This document shows positions 11,917 through 22,513 of a stretch of 32,000 nt of DNA, one piece after another. The notes beneath the pieces were generated by a model. The model was not told the origin of the DNA, searched no databases, and saw only the letters and a list, made by a program, of their open reading frames with translations. The translations under genes were made by a program, and so were the position numbers. Position 1 is the stretch's first letter, and every line of letters starts with the position of its first letter. Source of the DNA: Mycoplasma mycoides subsp. capri (GTDB lineage Bacteria; Bacillota_I; Bacilli_A; Mycoplasmatales; Mycoplasmataceae); NCBI RefSeq assembly GCF_018389705.1, contig NZ_CP065581.1, forward strand, positions 900,001 to 932,000, read 5' to 3'.

Positions 11917-12357
11917 ATGCAAAACAAATCTGGTTTAATTTTACTAAAAGAAGTATTTATTAATAACTATTCTAATAAAATTGATTTTTTAAAAACAATT
12001 TTTTCAGATAAACAAATCAATGAATTAGAATCAATTACTAATATAAAAGAATTATTAACTAATTTAAAAGAATTATTAAATAATCAAATTCTTATTCATC
12101 AAAACAAAATAAAAGAATATCAATTAGAATTAAAAAAAACTAATAAGAAAATTTTAAACAAATTATGATTATGATGATTGTTACCAATTATTGGGATGTT
12201 TATTTTTTTTATTATTTATAATACTAGATTACAAAATCCATACTATGCTAACCAATTAGTTGATATTAAAGTAAAGATCACTGATTTAGATATAAAAAAC
12301 ATCTATATAGACAAATTATTAGAAGAAATCAATTCATCTGTGAAATTGAAATTCTAA
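11917..12357 (+). CDS. Hypothetical protein, coiled-coil plus one TM segment
   Basis: 146 aa. Lys/Glu/Leu-rich N-half (LLTNLKELLNNQILIHQNKIKEYQLELKKTNKKILNKL) then WLWWLLPIIGMFIFFIIY. Joined across TGA at 12166-12168. Confidence 0.6.
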
Positions 12358-12384
12358 TAATTGGTAAAATTATATGTTAGTTCC

Positions 12385-12403
12385 AAAAAAAAAAAAAAAA
12401 AAG
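12385..12403. repeat. Homopolymeric poly-A tract (19 nt)
   Basis: ttccAAAAAAAAAAAAAAAAAAAgttg, counted directly. Confidence 0.95.
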
Positions 12404-12436
12404 TTGTAATATTTTTCTTTAAAAAATTTATCTTTA

Positions 12437-12442
12437 TATAAT
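12437..12442 (+). promoter_or_regulatory. Putative -10 box of galU promoter
   Basis: TATAAT in atctttaTATAATgttattt, 34 nt downstream of the poly-A tract and about 100 nt upstream of the galU ATG. No clear -35. Confidence 0.5.
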
Positions 12443-12543
12443 GTTATTTGAATTTAAAGGGGAATTTGGGTTGTACAGTTATTATTAATTTGTATTATAC
12501 ATCCTTAAGTTCACTAATATGTATAAATTTTTAAGGAGATATT

Positions 12544-13428
12544 ATGACCATTAGAAAAGCTGTTATTCCTTGTGCTGGTTTTGGAACTAGATTTTTACCT
12601 TTTACAAAATCACAAGCAAAAGAAATGTTACCCATTATTGATACCCCAACTATAGAATATATTGTAAAAGAAGCTGTTGATAGTGGTATTAAAGAAATAT
12701 TAATAGTTTTAAATGATAAAAAAAGCGAAATAATGAACTATTTTAGTAGAAATATTCAACTTGAAGGTTTTTTATATAATAAAGATAAAATCGCTGAACT
12801 TGAACAAATTAAAACTAAATATGACGCAGATATTCACTATATAATGCAAGATGAACCACTAGGTTTAGGACATGCTATTTCTTTATGTAAAGGTTTTATA
12901 AATAATGAGTCTTTTGCTGTGCTTTTAGGAGATGATTTATTTAAATGTCAAACTCCTGCTATTAAGCAATTAATGGACTTATATGAAGAAAAACATTCAA
13001 CTATTTTAGGAACAATTTTAATTGATAAAAAAGATTGTAAAAAGTATGGTATTTGTAAAACCGAATCAAGTGATGATAATGTTTATAAAGTTTGTTCTGT
13101 AGTTGAAAAACCAGATGAACAAAACGCTCCAAGTAATGTTGCAATTGCTGGAAGATATATTTTAACTCCTGAAATTTTTAATTATTTAGATTTGCAACTT
13201 AAAGGTGAAACTGGAGAAATTGAATTAACTGATTCAATTTTAAAAACCATTAGTGATGTTGATTGTTATGCAAAAGTTATTGATGGAAAAAGATATGATA
13301 TTGGAAATAAATTAGGTTATCTAGAAGCTTTTGTTGACTTTGGTTTACAAAGACAAGATCTAAGAGAAGAATTTTTGCACTTAATAAAATCTAGATCTGA
13401 AGACGAGCCATCTTCAAACAATGAATAA
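12544..13428 (+). CDS. galU: UTP--glucose-1-phosphate uridylyltransferase
   Basis: MTIRKAVIPCAGFGTRFLPFTKSQAKEMLPIIDTPTIEYIVKEAVDSGI, EKPDEQNAPSNVAIAGRYIL. RBS aaggagatattATG. Confidence 0.96.
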   Translation: MTIRKAVIPCAGFGTRFLPFTKSQAKEMLPIIDTPTIEYIVKEAVDSGIKEILIVLNDKKSEIMNYFSRNIQLEGFLYNKDKIAELEQIKTKYDADIHYIMQDEPLGLGHAISLCKGFINNESFAVLLGDDLFKCQTPAIKQLMDLYEEKHSTILGTILIDKKDCKKYGICKTESSDDNVYKVCSVVEKPDEQNAPSNVAIAGRYILTPEIFNYLDLQLKGETGEIELTDSILKTISDVDCYAKVIDGKRYDIGNKLGYLEAFVDFGLQRQDLREEFLHLIKSRSEDEPSSNNE

Positions 13429-13522
13429 ATTTAAACACTTATGTGTGTTTTTTAATAATAAGTTAATAAATAAGTATTAATTTTTTTACATTATTTTTTT
13501 AAATTTAAGAATGGAGTATATT

Positions 13523-15094
13523 ATGAAAAAACAATCGTTACTGTATAAGTGGATACTAGTAATTTGATTTTTAGTTTCTCTAGCTATCACTGTACCACTG
13601 GTTTTTAAGCTAATTAAACTATTTTCAGTTCAAGGTAATCAAGCACTAGCAACTAAAATAGTTATTTCAATTTTACTAACAATTAACGCACTTATCTTTT
13701 GCTTATTTTGATTAAAATCAACAAAAGATATTGTATTTACTTTTTTCTTTATTCTTAAGAAAAAATCTTTATTGAAAAGATATGATTACATAATAAATTC
13801 AGAGTTAAAAGATGAATTCAAGAATAAAAAGGTAATTCTTTTATATTGTACTTGCGACGATTTCGATAAGGATGCTTTAAAAAAATCTATGAATCAAAAC
13901 TACAATAATTATGAAGTGGTAATATTAGATGATAGTAAAAAACCAGAATACATTAAAAGAGTAGATGAATTTAGTAAAAAATATAATATTAAGGTAGTTA
14001 GACGTAATGATCGCGTTGGTTATAAAGCTGGTAATTTAAATAATTATTTAAAGAACAATCCTGATTACGACTATTTTGTTGTTTTAGATAGTGATGAAAT
14101 TATTCCAAATAACTTTATAACAGATTCATTAAAATACTTTCAAACTAATAAAAAAATCGGTGCAATTCAAGCTTATCATTTAATAAGCAAAGGAAAGAAT
14201 TTATTCCAAGAAGCAGTTGGAAATTCAAGTAATATTGCCAGTTTATCTATTCATGTACTTAGAAATTTTTATGGTGAAACTTCTTTAGCAGGCCATGGGA
14301 TGATGCTAAGCAAAGAAGTATATGAAAAAACAGGAGGATTTCCACACCTTTTAGTTGAAGATACTTCAATGTCTGCTGAAATTAAAAAGAATAATTATGA
14401 AATTGTTTATGCTCCTAATATAGTTTGTTATGAAGAATTTCCTATAAACTATATTGCGTTAAAAAAACGTCAAGGAAGATGAACCGCTGGTAATGTTCAA
14501 TATATAAAAAAATATGCCAAACAAAATAGAAGAACAAAATACAAATGATTTGAAAGAGTTGACTTAAGAATAAATCATTACTCTCTTCCTATTGTTCCTG
14601 TGATTTCACTTGTTTTTCTATTAAATTTCATTATTTTAGGATTCCTAAAATTTAATATAACTACTAATGACATAGCATTTGTCATCATATGATGTGCATT
14701 TTTATTCTTGCCTCTCTTTGTTAATGTTTTAGAATTATCAAAACAAAGAAAATTAGGGTGGGCAACCCCTTCTTTTATAAGTACAATAATAACTTACACA
14801 TCAATGACAATATTTTTAGTAGCATCAAGTTTTTTTGCTCTATTTAATAAAAGATTAAAATTTGTAGTTACACCTAAAGAATCTAAAAAAATGAAATTTG
14901 CTTATGTAATGGCTCACTCTATTGTTCCTATAATTTTTGGTATTTCAGTTGCAGTTCTAACTTATTTTTCTTGACATACAATTTTACCAACTCTTATAGT
15001 CTCACTTCCTTGTGTTTTATCACCATTTCTAATAGCTAGCTCTAATATAAATTTAAAAGAAAAAACAGTAAAAAAATTAAAACAAAATGTATAA
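13523..15094 (+). CDS. Processive family-2 glycosyltransferase (polysaccharide synthase-like membrane protein)
   Basis: Two N-terminal TMs; CTCDDFDKDAL...VVILDDS; FVVLDSDEIIP (DxD); LLVEDTSMSAEI (ED); KKRQGRW (QxxRW-like); several C-terminal TMs. Joined across TGA at the QGR/W position. Confidence 0.87.
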
Positions 15095-15126
15095 GTATCG
15101 CATTTTTTAAAAAGCGATACTTTTTT
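15093..15126 (+). terminator. Rho-independent terminator after the glycosyltransferase
   Basis: Inverted repeat AAGTATCGC / GCGATACTT followed by a T-run. Confidence 0.88.
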
Positions 15127-15229
15127 ATATCAAATTCTTATTCAATTTAATAACTTATATATACAAAATATTAGAAAAAAAATCTAATTATATTTGTTGA
15201 TTTAATATAATAAAATTGGTTTAAATATT

Positions 15230-17509
15230 ATGAAAATTACAGCTATTTTGTCAAGTCTATTTTTATCTCCAACTCTTTTAAATGGTTCATCTATATTAAC
15301 TGTTAATAATCAAACTAAAATAGAAACTAAAGAATTTAATTTAGATAATTTAACTATTAAAGGAAAATGGACTACTAAAAAAATTAAAGCTCTTTTACAT
15401 AACGATGTTTTTTACACATCAATTGATGAGTTTTTAAAAAGTATTGATTCAGTTATTAACTATTCAAATTTAAATATTAGCTTTAAAGATAATAAAACAA
15501 CTGTTAGATTAAAATCTGATCCAAATTTTTATATTGAATTTGATGCTAATAAAAAGAAAATTACAGTTTCAAATAATAAGATATTTACTAAAATTTTAAA
15601 AGATTATAAAAGAGGAGAAGAAGATTTAAAAATCAAATTCTTAGAAGAAAAAAATTTAAATAATGACAATCAATTTGAAATAGATTTATCTAAATATGAT
15701 ATTGATATTTTAAAAGATCAAAATAATCTATATTTACCAGCAATCTTACTTAATCAAGTATTTTTAAGTGAATCAAATATTCAAACCTATTTTAATGGTG
15801 GTGATTTTAAAATTTTTAAGTTTTATGAGGCATTAAGTTTTCCTGGAACTTTTTATCTAAAACAATCCGATAAAAATAATGAAAAAACTGTTCCTTTAGG
15901 ATTAAGAAAGTTTCAATATGAGTATTTATCATTTTTATTTGATAATTATTATGCAATTAAATTAAATAATAATATTTCTTATAAAGAGCATTTTAAAAAG
16001 TATCAATCTAAGATTTTATCTGAATCAAGTAATGAACATTATCTAGCAACAAAACAAATTATAAATGAATTAGACGATCCTCATTCAGCTTATGTTTTAG
16101 ATGGGTATTATGATAAAGACAGAGATTTTCATAAAAAGATATTTGATAATCAAAAAAGAGTTAAAAATAAAAATGAAGTTTTAGAATTATTAGCTAAAAA
16201 TGATCCTAATAAAATTGATTATGAACTTAAGTCAATTAGTAATGATACTTCAGTAATTTCATTTAGTAAGTTTGATGAAAAAAGTGCTGAATACATACAA
16301 AAATCTTTAAAAGAGGCCCAAAGTAAAAGTGTTAAGAACATTATTTTTAATCTAACTCAAAATGGTGGAGGATATATTGGGACTGCTTATGAAATTATGG
16401 GATTTTTAACTGATAAACCTTTTAATGTCTATTCTTATAATCCTTTATCAAAAGAAAAAAAGGTTGAAACTATTAAATCAGAATATGAAAAATTTAATTT
16501 TAATTATTATATTTTAACTTCACCATATTCTTTTTCAGCAGGTAATATTTTTCCTCAAATTGCAAAAGATAATAAGCTAGCTAAATTGATTGGTTATAAA
16601 ACTTTTGGTGGAGCTAGTGCAATTAATTATTACGTTTTACCAACTGGAGATATTATTCAATTAAGCAGTAATAATGTCTTTACTAATAAAAATTTTGAAT
16701 CGCTTGAATTTGGGGTTAGCCCAGATGTTGAGTTAAAAGAAGATGTTTTTAAAAATCCTAGTGCTATTTATCAAAAAGAAACTCTTTTAGATCTAATTAA
16801 AAAAGCTGATAATATCAAAGAAGTTAAAAAAGAGATTAAAACTGAAAAACTTACTAAAATCTTAGATATTTCAAAAAGATTAAAAGAAGACAAAACAAAA
16901 CTAAAAATTAAAAAATCTAAAGTAGTTCAACCTTCTAAACCTGAACAACCAAATAAAATATTAGATCAGAATAATTCTACAACTCAACCAAAATTAAGAA
17001 AAATCACTAATAATTTAGTTGATTTAACACCAATTTATAAACCTGAAAAACCTATTAGTACAAGACCATGAGCAATTATTCAACCTGCTAATAAAATCAA
17101 TATGTTAAGTACAACTAAACCAATAAATAAAACTGAAAGTGAAGAAGTTGAAAATAAATTATTAGAAAAGAAAGCTAATATAGAATTATTAAATATTAAA
17201 AACTTAGATTTAGGTAAGTTAGATAAAATTGATAAAGATCAAATTTTAAATGCTTTAAAAAATAAAAATCCAGATACTTTAATTGATACTAAAGATTTAA
17301 AAGTTGAAAATATTACAAATAATTCAGCACAAATTTTATTAAAAGATTCAGATCAAAAAATAACTGTACATTTTTTAATATCTCAATCTAATAAAACTAA
17401 TAAAAATACAATTTGAATTGTTCTACTAGTTATTGGTTTAACTACTTTATTAGGATTAATTAACTTTATAATAATTAGAAAATTAAAGACCAAAAAATTA
17501 AATAAATAA
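15230..17509 (+). CDS. S41-family (C-terminal processing-like) peptidase, secreted with C-terminal membrane anchor
   Basis: 759 aa. N-terminal signal MKITAILSSLFLSPTLLNGSS; NLTQNGGGYIGTAYEIMG; LTSPYSFSAGNIFPQIAKDNKLAKLIGYKTFGGAS (S41 Ser region); C-terminal TM WIVLLVIGLTTLLGLINFIII then KLKTKKLNK. Joins track ORFs 15230 and 17102 across TGA. Confidence 0.82.
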
Positions 17510-17556
17510 AAGATTATCAATTAAATTAATTAAATTATATTTATTAAAATGTATTA

Positions 17557-17562
17557 TATAAT
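17557..17562 (+). promoter_or_regulatory. Putative -10 box of tRNA-Lys promoter
   Basis: TATAAT 10 nt upstream of the mature tRNA 5' end. Confidence 0.5.
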
Positions 17563-17571
17563 TTAGTTATA

Positions 17572-17648
17572 TGTCTGATTAGCGCAACTGGCAGAGCAAC
17601 TGACTCTTAATCAGTGGGTTGTGGGTTCGATTCCCACATCAGGCACCA
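17572..17648 (+). tRNA. tRNA-Lys, anticodon CTT, CCA encoded
   Basis: Acceptor TGTCTGA/TCAGGCA, anticodon arm ACTGA-CTCTTAA-TCAGT, T arm GTGGG-TTCGATT-CCCAC, terminal CCA. Confidence 0.96.
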
Positions 17649-17661
17649 TTTTTGATAACAC

Positions 17662-17686
17662 AAAAAAAGACTTTTAAGTCTTTTTT
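17662..17686 (+). terminator. Rho-independent terminator after tRNA-Lys
   Basis: AAAAAAAGACTTTTAAGTCTTTTTT hairpin plus T-run. Confidence 0.75.
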
Positions 17687-17722
17687 ATTTTATGCTTTAA
17701 AATTATAAATAGGAGCTTAAAA

Positions 17723-18475
17723 ATGAATAATCAAATTATTGCTTTATTTTGTGATTTTAAGTATATAACTACTAAACTTTTAAATAAATTTAATAAAAAT
17801 CAATTAATTATTTTTGGATATAGTTTAAATAAAGATGATTTTGATTATATTTGTTCAGATTTTCAATTAGAAATATTTAAAAAACAAAATTATAAATTTA
17901 TTGATTTAAAAAATGAAAATATTGATCAATTAGTTAAAAAATATCAAATTTCTAAAATACATATTACAAAAAGTTTTAAAAATTATGATCACTTTTTAAA
18001 TTTTTTTCCTAATACTATAACAGAAGATGATTTATTAGATATTAATAATATAAAAAAAGCTTTAATTAATGCTGATATTAATAGTTTTTATAAAATAGCT
18101 GGGTTTAATTATACATTTAGTGGAATAGTAACTCACTGTAATCATTTAGGAAGAACTATTGGTTTTCCAACAGCAAATATTTTAACTAATGACAGTTTAG
18201 TAATTAAAAATGGTGTTTATTTAGTAAAAGTAATAATAGATGATAAAAATATACAATTTGGTATGGGAGATCATTGAATAAATAGAAATAATTTAAAAGT
18301 TTTTGAAACTTATATCTTTAATTTTAGTAATGATATTTACAATAGTAAAATTACTTTTGAATTACTAGATTATATAAGAGATAATCAAAAAATAAATAGT
18401 TTAGATCAGTTAAAAACATTATTAAATAATGATAAAAAAGAATGTTTAAAAAGATTGGAGAAATATAATGAATAA
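17723..18475 (+). CDS. ribF: Riboflavin kinase / FAD synthetase-like protein (RibF); N-terminal nucleotidyltransferase domain divergent
   Basis: C-terminal kinase motif FSGIVTHCNHLGRTIGFPTANI, GVYLVKV, ETYIFNF, YIRDNQKINSLDQLKTLLNNDKKE. RBS aggagc upstream. Confidence 0.78.
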
Positions 18476-19337
18476 AGTTCTACTAGGTTGTCATGTTAGT
18501 ATGAATAAACAAAATAATTATTTAGTTGGAAGTGTTAATGAAGCTATTAGTTATAAAGCAAATACTTTTATGATCTTTACAGGTCCTCCACAAAGTACAC
18601 TAAGAACTAATACTAATCATTTATATATTAATCAAATGCATGAATTAATGAATAGTTATAAAATTGATGCAAAAGATCTAGTAGTGCATGCTCCTTATAT
18701 TATTAATATTGCAAATAGTGTTGATCAAAACAAGTGAAAATTTGCTGTAGATTTTTTAATTCAAGAAATTAAAAGATGTGAAGAAATTAAAATCCCAACT
18801 TTAGTATTACACCCTGGTTCTTATACTACTGGAAATTATAAAGATTCATTAAATCAAATTATTAAAGCTTTAGATATAGTAAGTAATTATCAAGTTAATG
18901 TAAAAATTGCTTTAGAAACTATGAGCGGTAAAGGTACTGAGGTTTGTTCTAAATTAGAAGATTTTAAATACATTTTAGATAATGTTAAAAATAAAGATAA
19001 GGTTGGAGTTTGTTTAGATACTTGTCATTTACATGATGCTGGTTATGATTTAAGTAAATGAGATGAATTTAAAGAACAAATGAAACAAAATTTTGATTTA
19101 AATAAAGTTTTATGCATTCATTTAAATGATTCAAAAAATATGATTAGTTCGCATAAAGATCGTCATGCAAACATTGGTTATGGTTATGTTGGTTTTGATA
19201 CATTAGTTAATGTAGTCTTTGATAAAGATTTTTCTAATATTTCAAAAATATTAGAAACACCTTATATAGATAAAAACGCTCCTTATAAAATAGAAATTGA
19301 AGATTTATTAAATAAGACATTTACAAATAGGTTATAG
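18468..19337 (+). CDS. nfo: Endonuclease IV (AP endonuclease)
   Basis: LLGCHVSM, HAPYIINIA, LVLHPGSY, ALETMSGKGTEVC, VGVCLDTCHLHDAGYDL, HLNDSKN, SSHKDRHANIGYG. Joins three TGA-separated segments. Overlaps the ribF stop. Confidence 0.95.
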
Positions 19338-19362
19338 TTCTAATTTAATAGAAAGGAATTAT

Positions 19363-20487
19363 ATGAAGAAATTATTATCAATAATAACAGGTTTTTCATT
19401 ACTAATAACACCTAGCTTATTTGCTATAAGCTGTTCATCAAAAGTTCAAGTTATAAATAAATTTGATGATATAACATCAATTAAAAATACTGGAGCATTT
19501 AAAAATAATCAAGCATTTATAAGTAGAAATGAATTAAAAGAAATAGTAAGTAGTAATAATACAACTAGCTCAAGTACAGCAAGTTCAACAGCTGTAATGA
19601 CTTCTACTAGTACTACATCAACAGGAACACAAACAAACAATAATAATGATGCAAAATATGCTTCTGAAAGACTAAAAGCATTAGCTGCTAATAACTTTAC
19701 TAAAAATAAAAAACAAGCTTGAGATAGTTTACAAAGTGCTTCAATGACTTTTTATAAAAAAGTTCAACCTACTGCAGTAAATGTTTTAGGTTATGAACAA
19801 ATAACAAAAGATAATGTTGAAAAATTAGATAAAGAATTAAAAACAGTCTTTTTAGTATTTAAAGATAATAATAAAGAAACTGAGAAATTAGAAGTTGAAT
19901 TACTACCTGAAATTAATACTAATAATGGGAATAAAGTTATTGATAATGGTAATCTTTATTTAGATCTTTTAGAAAAACCTGAAAACCTAAAATTAGCAAA
20001 TCAAAAAAGTATTATTGAAGTTTTAAGACCTGAAATCACAAAAATAAAAGTTGTTTTACAAAATACTAAAAACAACAATTCTACTAATAAAGAAGATATA
20101 AAAAATACTGAAGTATTTAATGTTTTAATTAAGCAATTATCTATTTATTTAGCTAATGCAGTAAAATACTTTAATTCTGAATCTGGAATTATTACAACAA
20201 GTCCTACTTTTTCATATAAAACTAGAAGTAATCAAATTTATGATTACATAGTTAAAAACAAAAAAGATGAACTATACAAAAAATTAGAAACTGCATTTAC
20301 AAGTGAATTTAATAAAATTAATTTCATTGATATTTTTAAAGATTTCCAATTTGATGAAAATAATTCAACTGATAATAAAAAAATAACTACAAAAATAATA
20401 AAATCTTCAACTAATTCTTCTACTTCTTCATCAAATAGTTCAACAACAACAACTACAACTGAACCAAGTTCAACTAATACTAGATAA
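19363..20487 (+). CDS. Predicted lipoprotein with Ser/Thr-rich linkers
   Basis: MKKLLSIITGFSLLITPSLFAISCSSK lipobox; RBS aaaggaattatATG; Ser/Thr-rich N- and C-terminal segments. Joined across TGA near 19722. Confidence 0.85.
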
Positions 20488-20498
20488 AAGGAGAAAAT

Positions 20499-20897
20499 AT
20501 GGAAACTAAAATAAGTTTTTCTAAAAAAAGAAAACTACTGATCCAAACCTTTTATAAATATCAATTATTAAATGCTAGTATAGATTACATTCATCAAGAT
20601 ATTTTAGATGATGTTCAAAATATTAATAATAAAGATGTTCTTTTTGAAATTGAACAAATTGCTAAAAAACAAACTGATCTTATTAATCATATAAATATAA
20701 ATGTTTCTTCAAGCTGAAAATGAGATAGAATTCCTGCTGTTATTAGAGCTATTTTAATAGTTGGAACATATGAAATTTTATATACAAATACTCCAAAACC
20801 AGTTACTATTAATGAAATGGTTAAATATGTAAAAGAAATTGAACCTGACTTTGATTACAAATTTGTTAATGCAGTACTAGATAAATTGGTTAAATAA
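20499..20897 (+). CDS. nusB: Transcription antitermination factor NusB
   Basis: ARREAL-like start KKRKLLIQTFYKYQL; WKWDRIPAVIRAILIVGTYEILYTNTPKPVTINEMVKYVKEI...FVNAVLDKLVK, typical NusB C-half. Confidence 0.87.
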
Positions 20898-20898
20898 T

Positions 20899-22308
20899 AT
20901 GGAAAAAATTTTAACAGTTCAAGAATTAAACGAAGCCTTAAAGACTCTAATTGAAAACAAACAAGAATTTAAAGATATCTATGTACAAGGTGAATTGTCT
21001 AATTTAACTTTTAATAAATCTGGTCATATTTATTTTTCTATTAAAGAACAAGATGCTGCTATTAATTGCATGATGTGAAAAACTAATGCATATAAAATAC
21101 AATCTTTAAACTTAGAAGATGGTATGCAAATAATTTGTTATGGGAGATTAACTTATTACATTCCAACAGGAAGAGTTAGTTTTGAAGTAAGAGATATCAA
21201 AATTTATGGTATTGGTGATTTACAAAAAATTTTTGAACAAAGATACAAAGAATTAGAACAAAAAGGTTGATTTGATCCAAATTTAAAAAAACCAATTCCT
21301 GAATTTGTTAAAAATGTAGGAATTATTACAGCTGATTCAGGAGCTGCAATTTATGATTTAATTAGAACTATTCATAGAAGACTGCCTCTGATTAATATTT
21401 ATTTATTTCCCGCTCAAGTTCAAGGAGATAAAGCTGAAAAAGATATTGCAAACAAAATAAAACAAGCTAATGATTTTAAAGTTCAATTAGATGTTTTGAT
21501 TGTTGGAAGAGGTGGGGGAAGTTATGAAGATCTTTGAGCTTTTAATGAATTAGAAGTTTTACAAGCGATAAAAAATAGTCAAATTCCTATAATTAGTGCT
21601 GTTGGTCATGAACCTGATTGAGTTTTATCAGATTATGTAGCTGATATTAGAGCAGCAACACCAACTGCAGCTGGAGAACTTGTAAGTAAAAGTATTATTG
21701 AAATTAAAAATCAGTTAAAACATTATTATCAAAACTATAAAACATTAATATTAAATAAATTAGATTTCTTTGATGAAAAATTAAATAACTATAAAAAAGA
21801 ACAAACCAAATATATAAAAAATAATTTTTCTTTTAAATATTTACAATTAAAACAATTAAGTATAGATAATACTAAATGAACAAAAAATAAAATAAATCTA
21901 GTAATTGATAAGCTAGAAAATTATAAGCAATCTATAAATAATTCAACTTTACATATCATAAATTCACAAAATAAAACACTTAAAAATTATTTAATTGCAG
22001 ATGAGCAAAAAATACTTAACTATTTAAAAAAACAAATAAGTGAATTTAATTACACAATATCAAGTTTTAAAGGACACATTAATCAAATATTAAAATATGA
22101 AGAGTTAAATTTTAATACACTTGAAAATAAACTTAATTCATTAGATCCTTTAAAACCTTTACAAAATGGATATAGCATAGTTACTAATTTAAATAATCAA
22201 AAAATAAGATCATATAAACAAGTTAAACTAAATGAAGATCTAAAAGTTATTTTAACTGATAGTAAACTAACAGTCACTATAAAAGAGGTGAAGATAAATG
22301 AGCAATAA
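20899..22308 (+). CDS. xseA: Exodeoxyribonuclease VII large subunit
   Basis: [116 protein letters not shown]. Confidence 0.95.
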
Positions 22309-22513
22309 AAATAAAAGTTATGATGAACTAATTTCTGAAATCAAAGAAGATACTAAAAAGCTATCAAGTAATGAAATTTCAGTTGAACAAGCAATGGAAA
22401 TTTTTGAACAAAACATTGAAAAAATTAAATTAGCAAAAGAAAAACTAACTCAATATAAAGGCCAAATTTATAAAGTAATGCAAGATGATGAGTTAGAAGA
22501 ATTTAAAGACTAA
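22298..22513 (+). CDS. xseB: Exodeoxyribonuclease VII small subunit
   Basis: 71 aa MSNKNKSYDELISEIKEDTKKLSSNEISVEQAMEIFEQNIEKIKLAKEKLTQYKGQIYKV, directly after and overlapping xseA. Confidence 0.9.
   Translation: MSNKNKSYDELISEIKEDTKKLSSNEISVEQAMEIFEQNIEKIKLAKEKLTQYKGQIYKVMQDDELEEFKD

Noticed and set aside
17663-17686. Regulatory hairpin in the ribF leader
   Set aside because: Position right after tRNA-Lys, symmetrical A/T flanks and T-run fit an ordinary tRNA terminator better than a flavin riboswitch. No conserved FMN aptamer sequence (AGGGGA...) is present.
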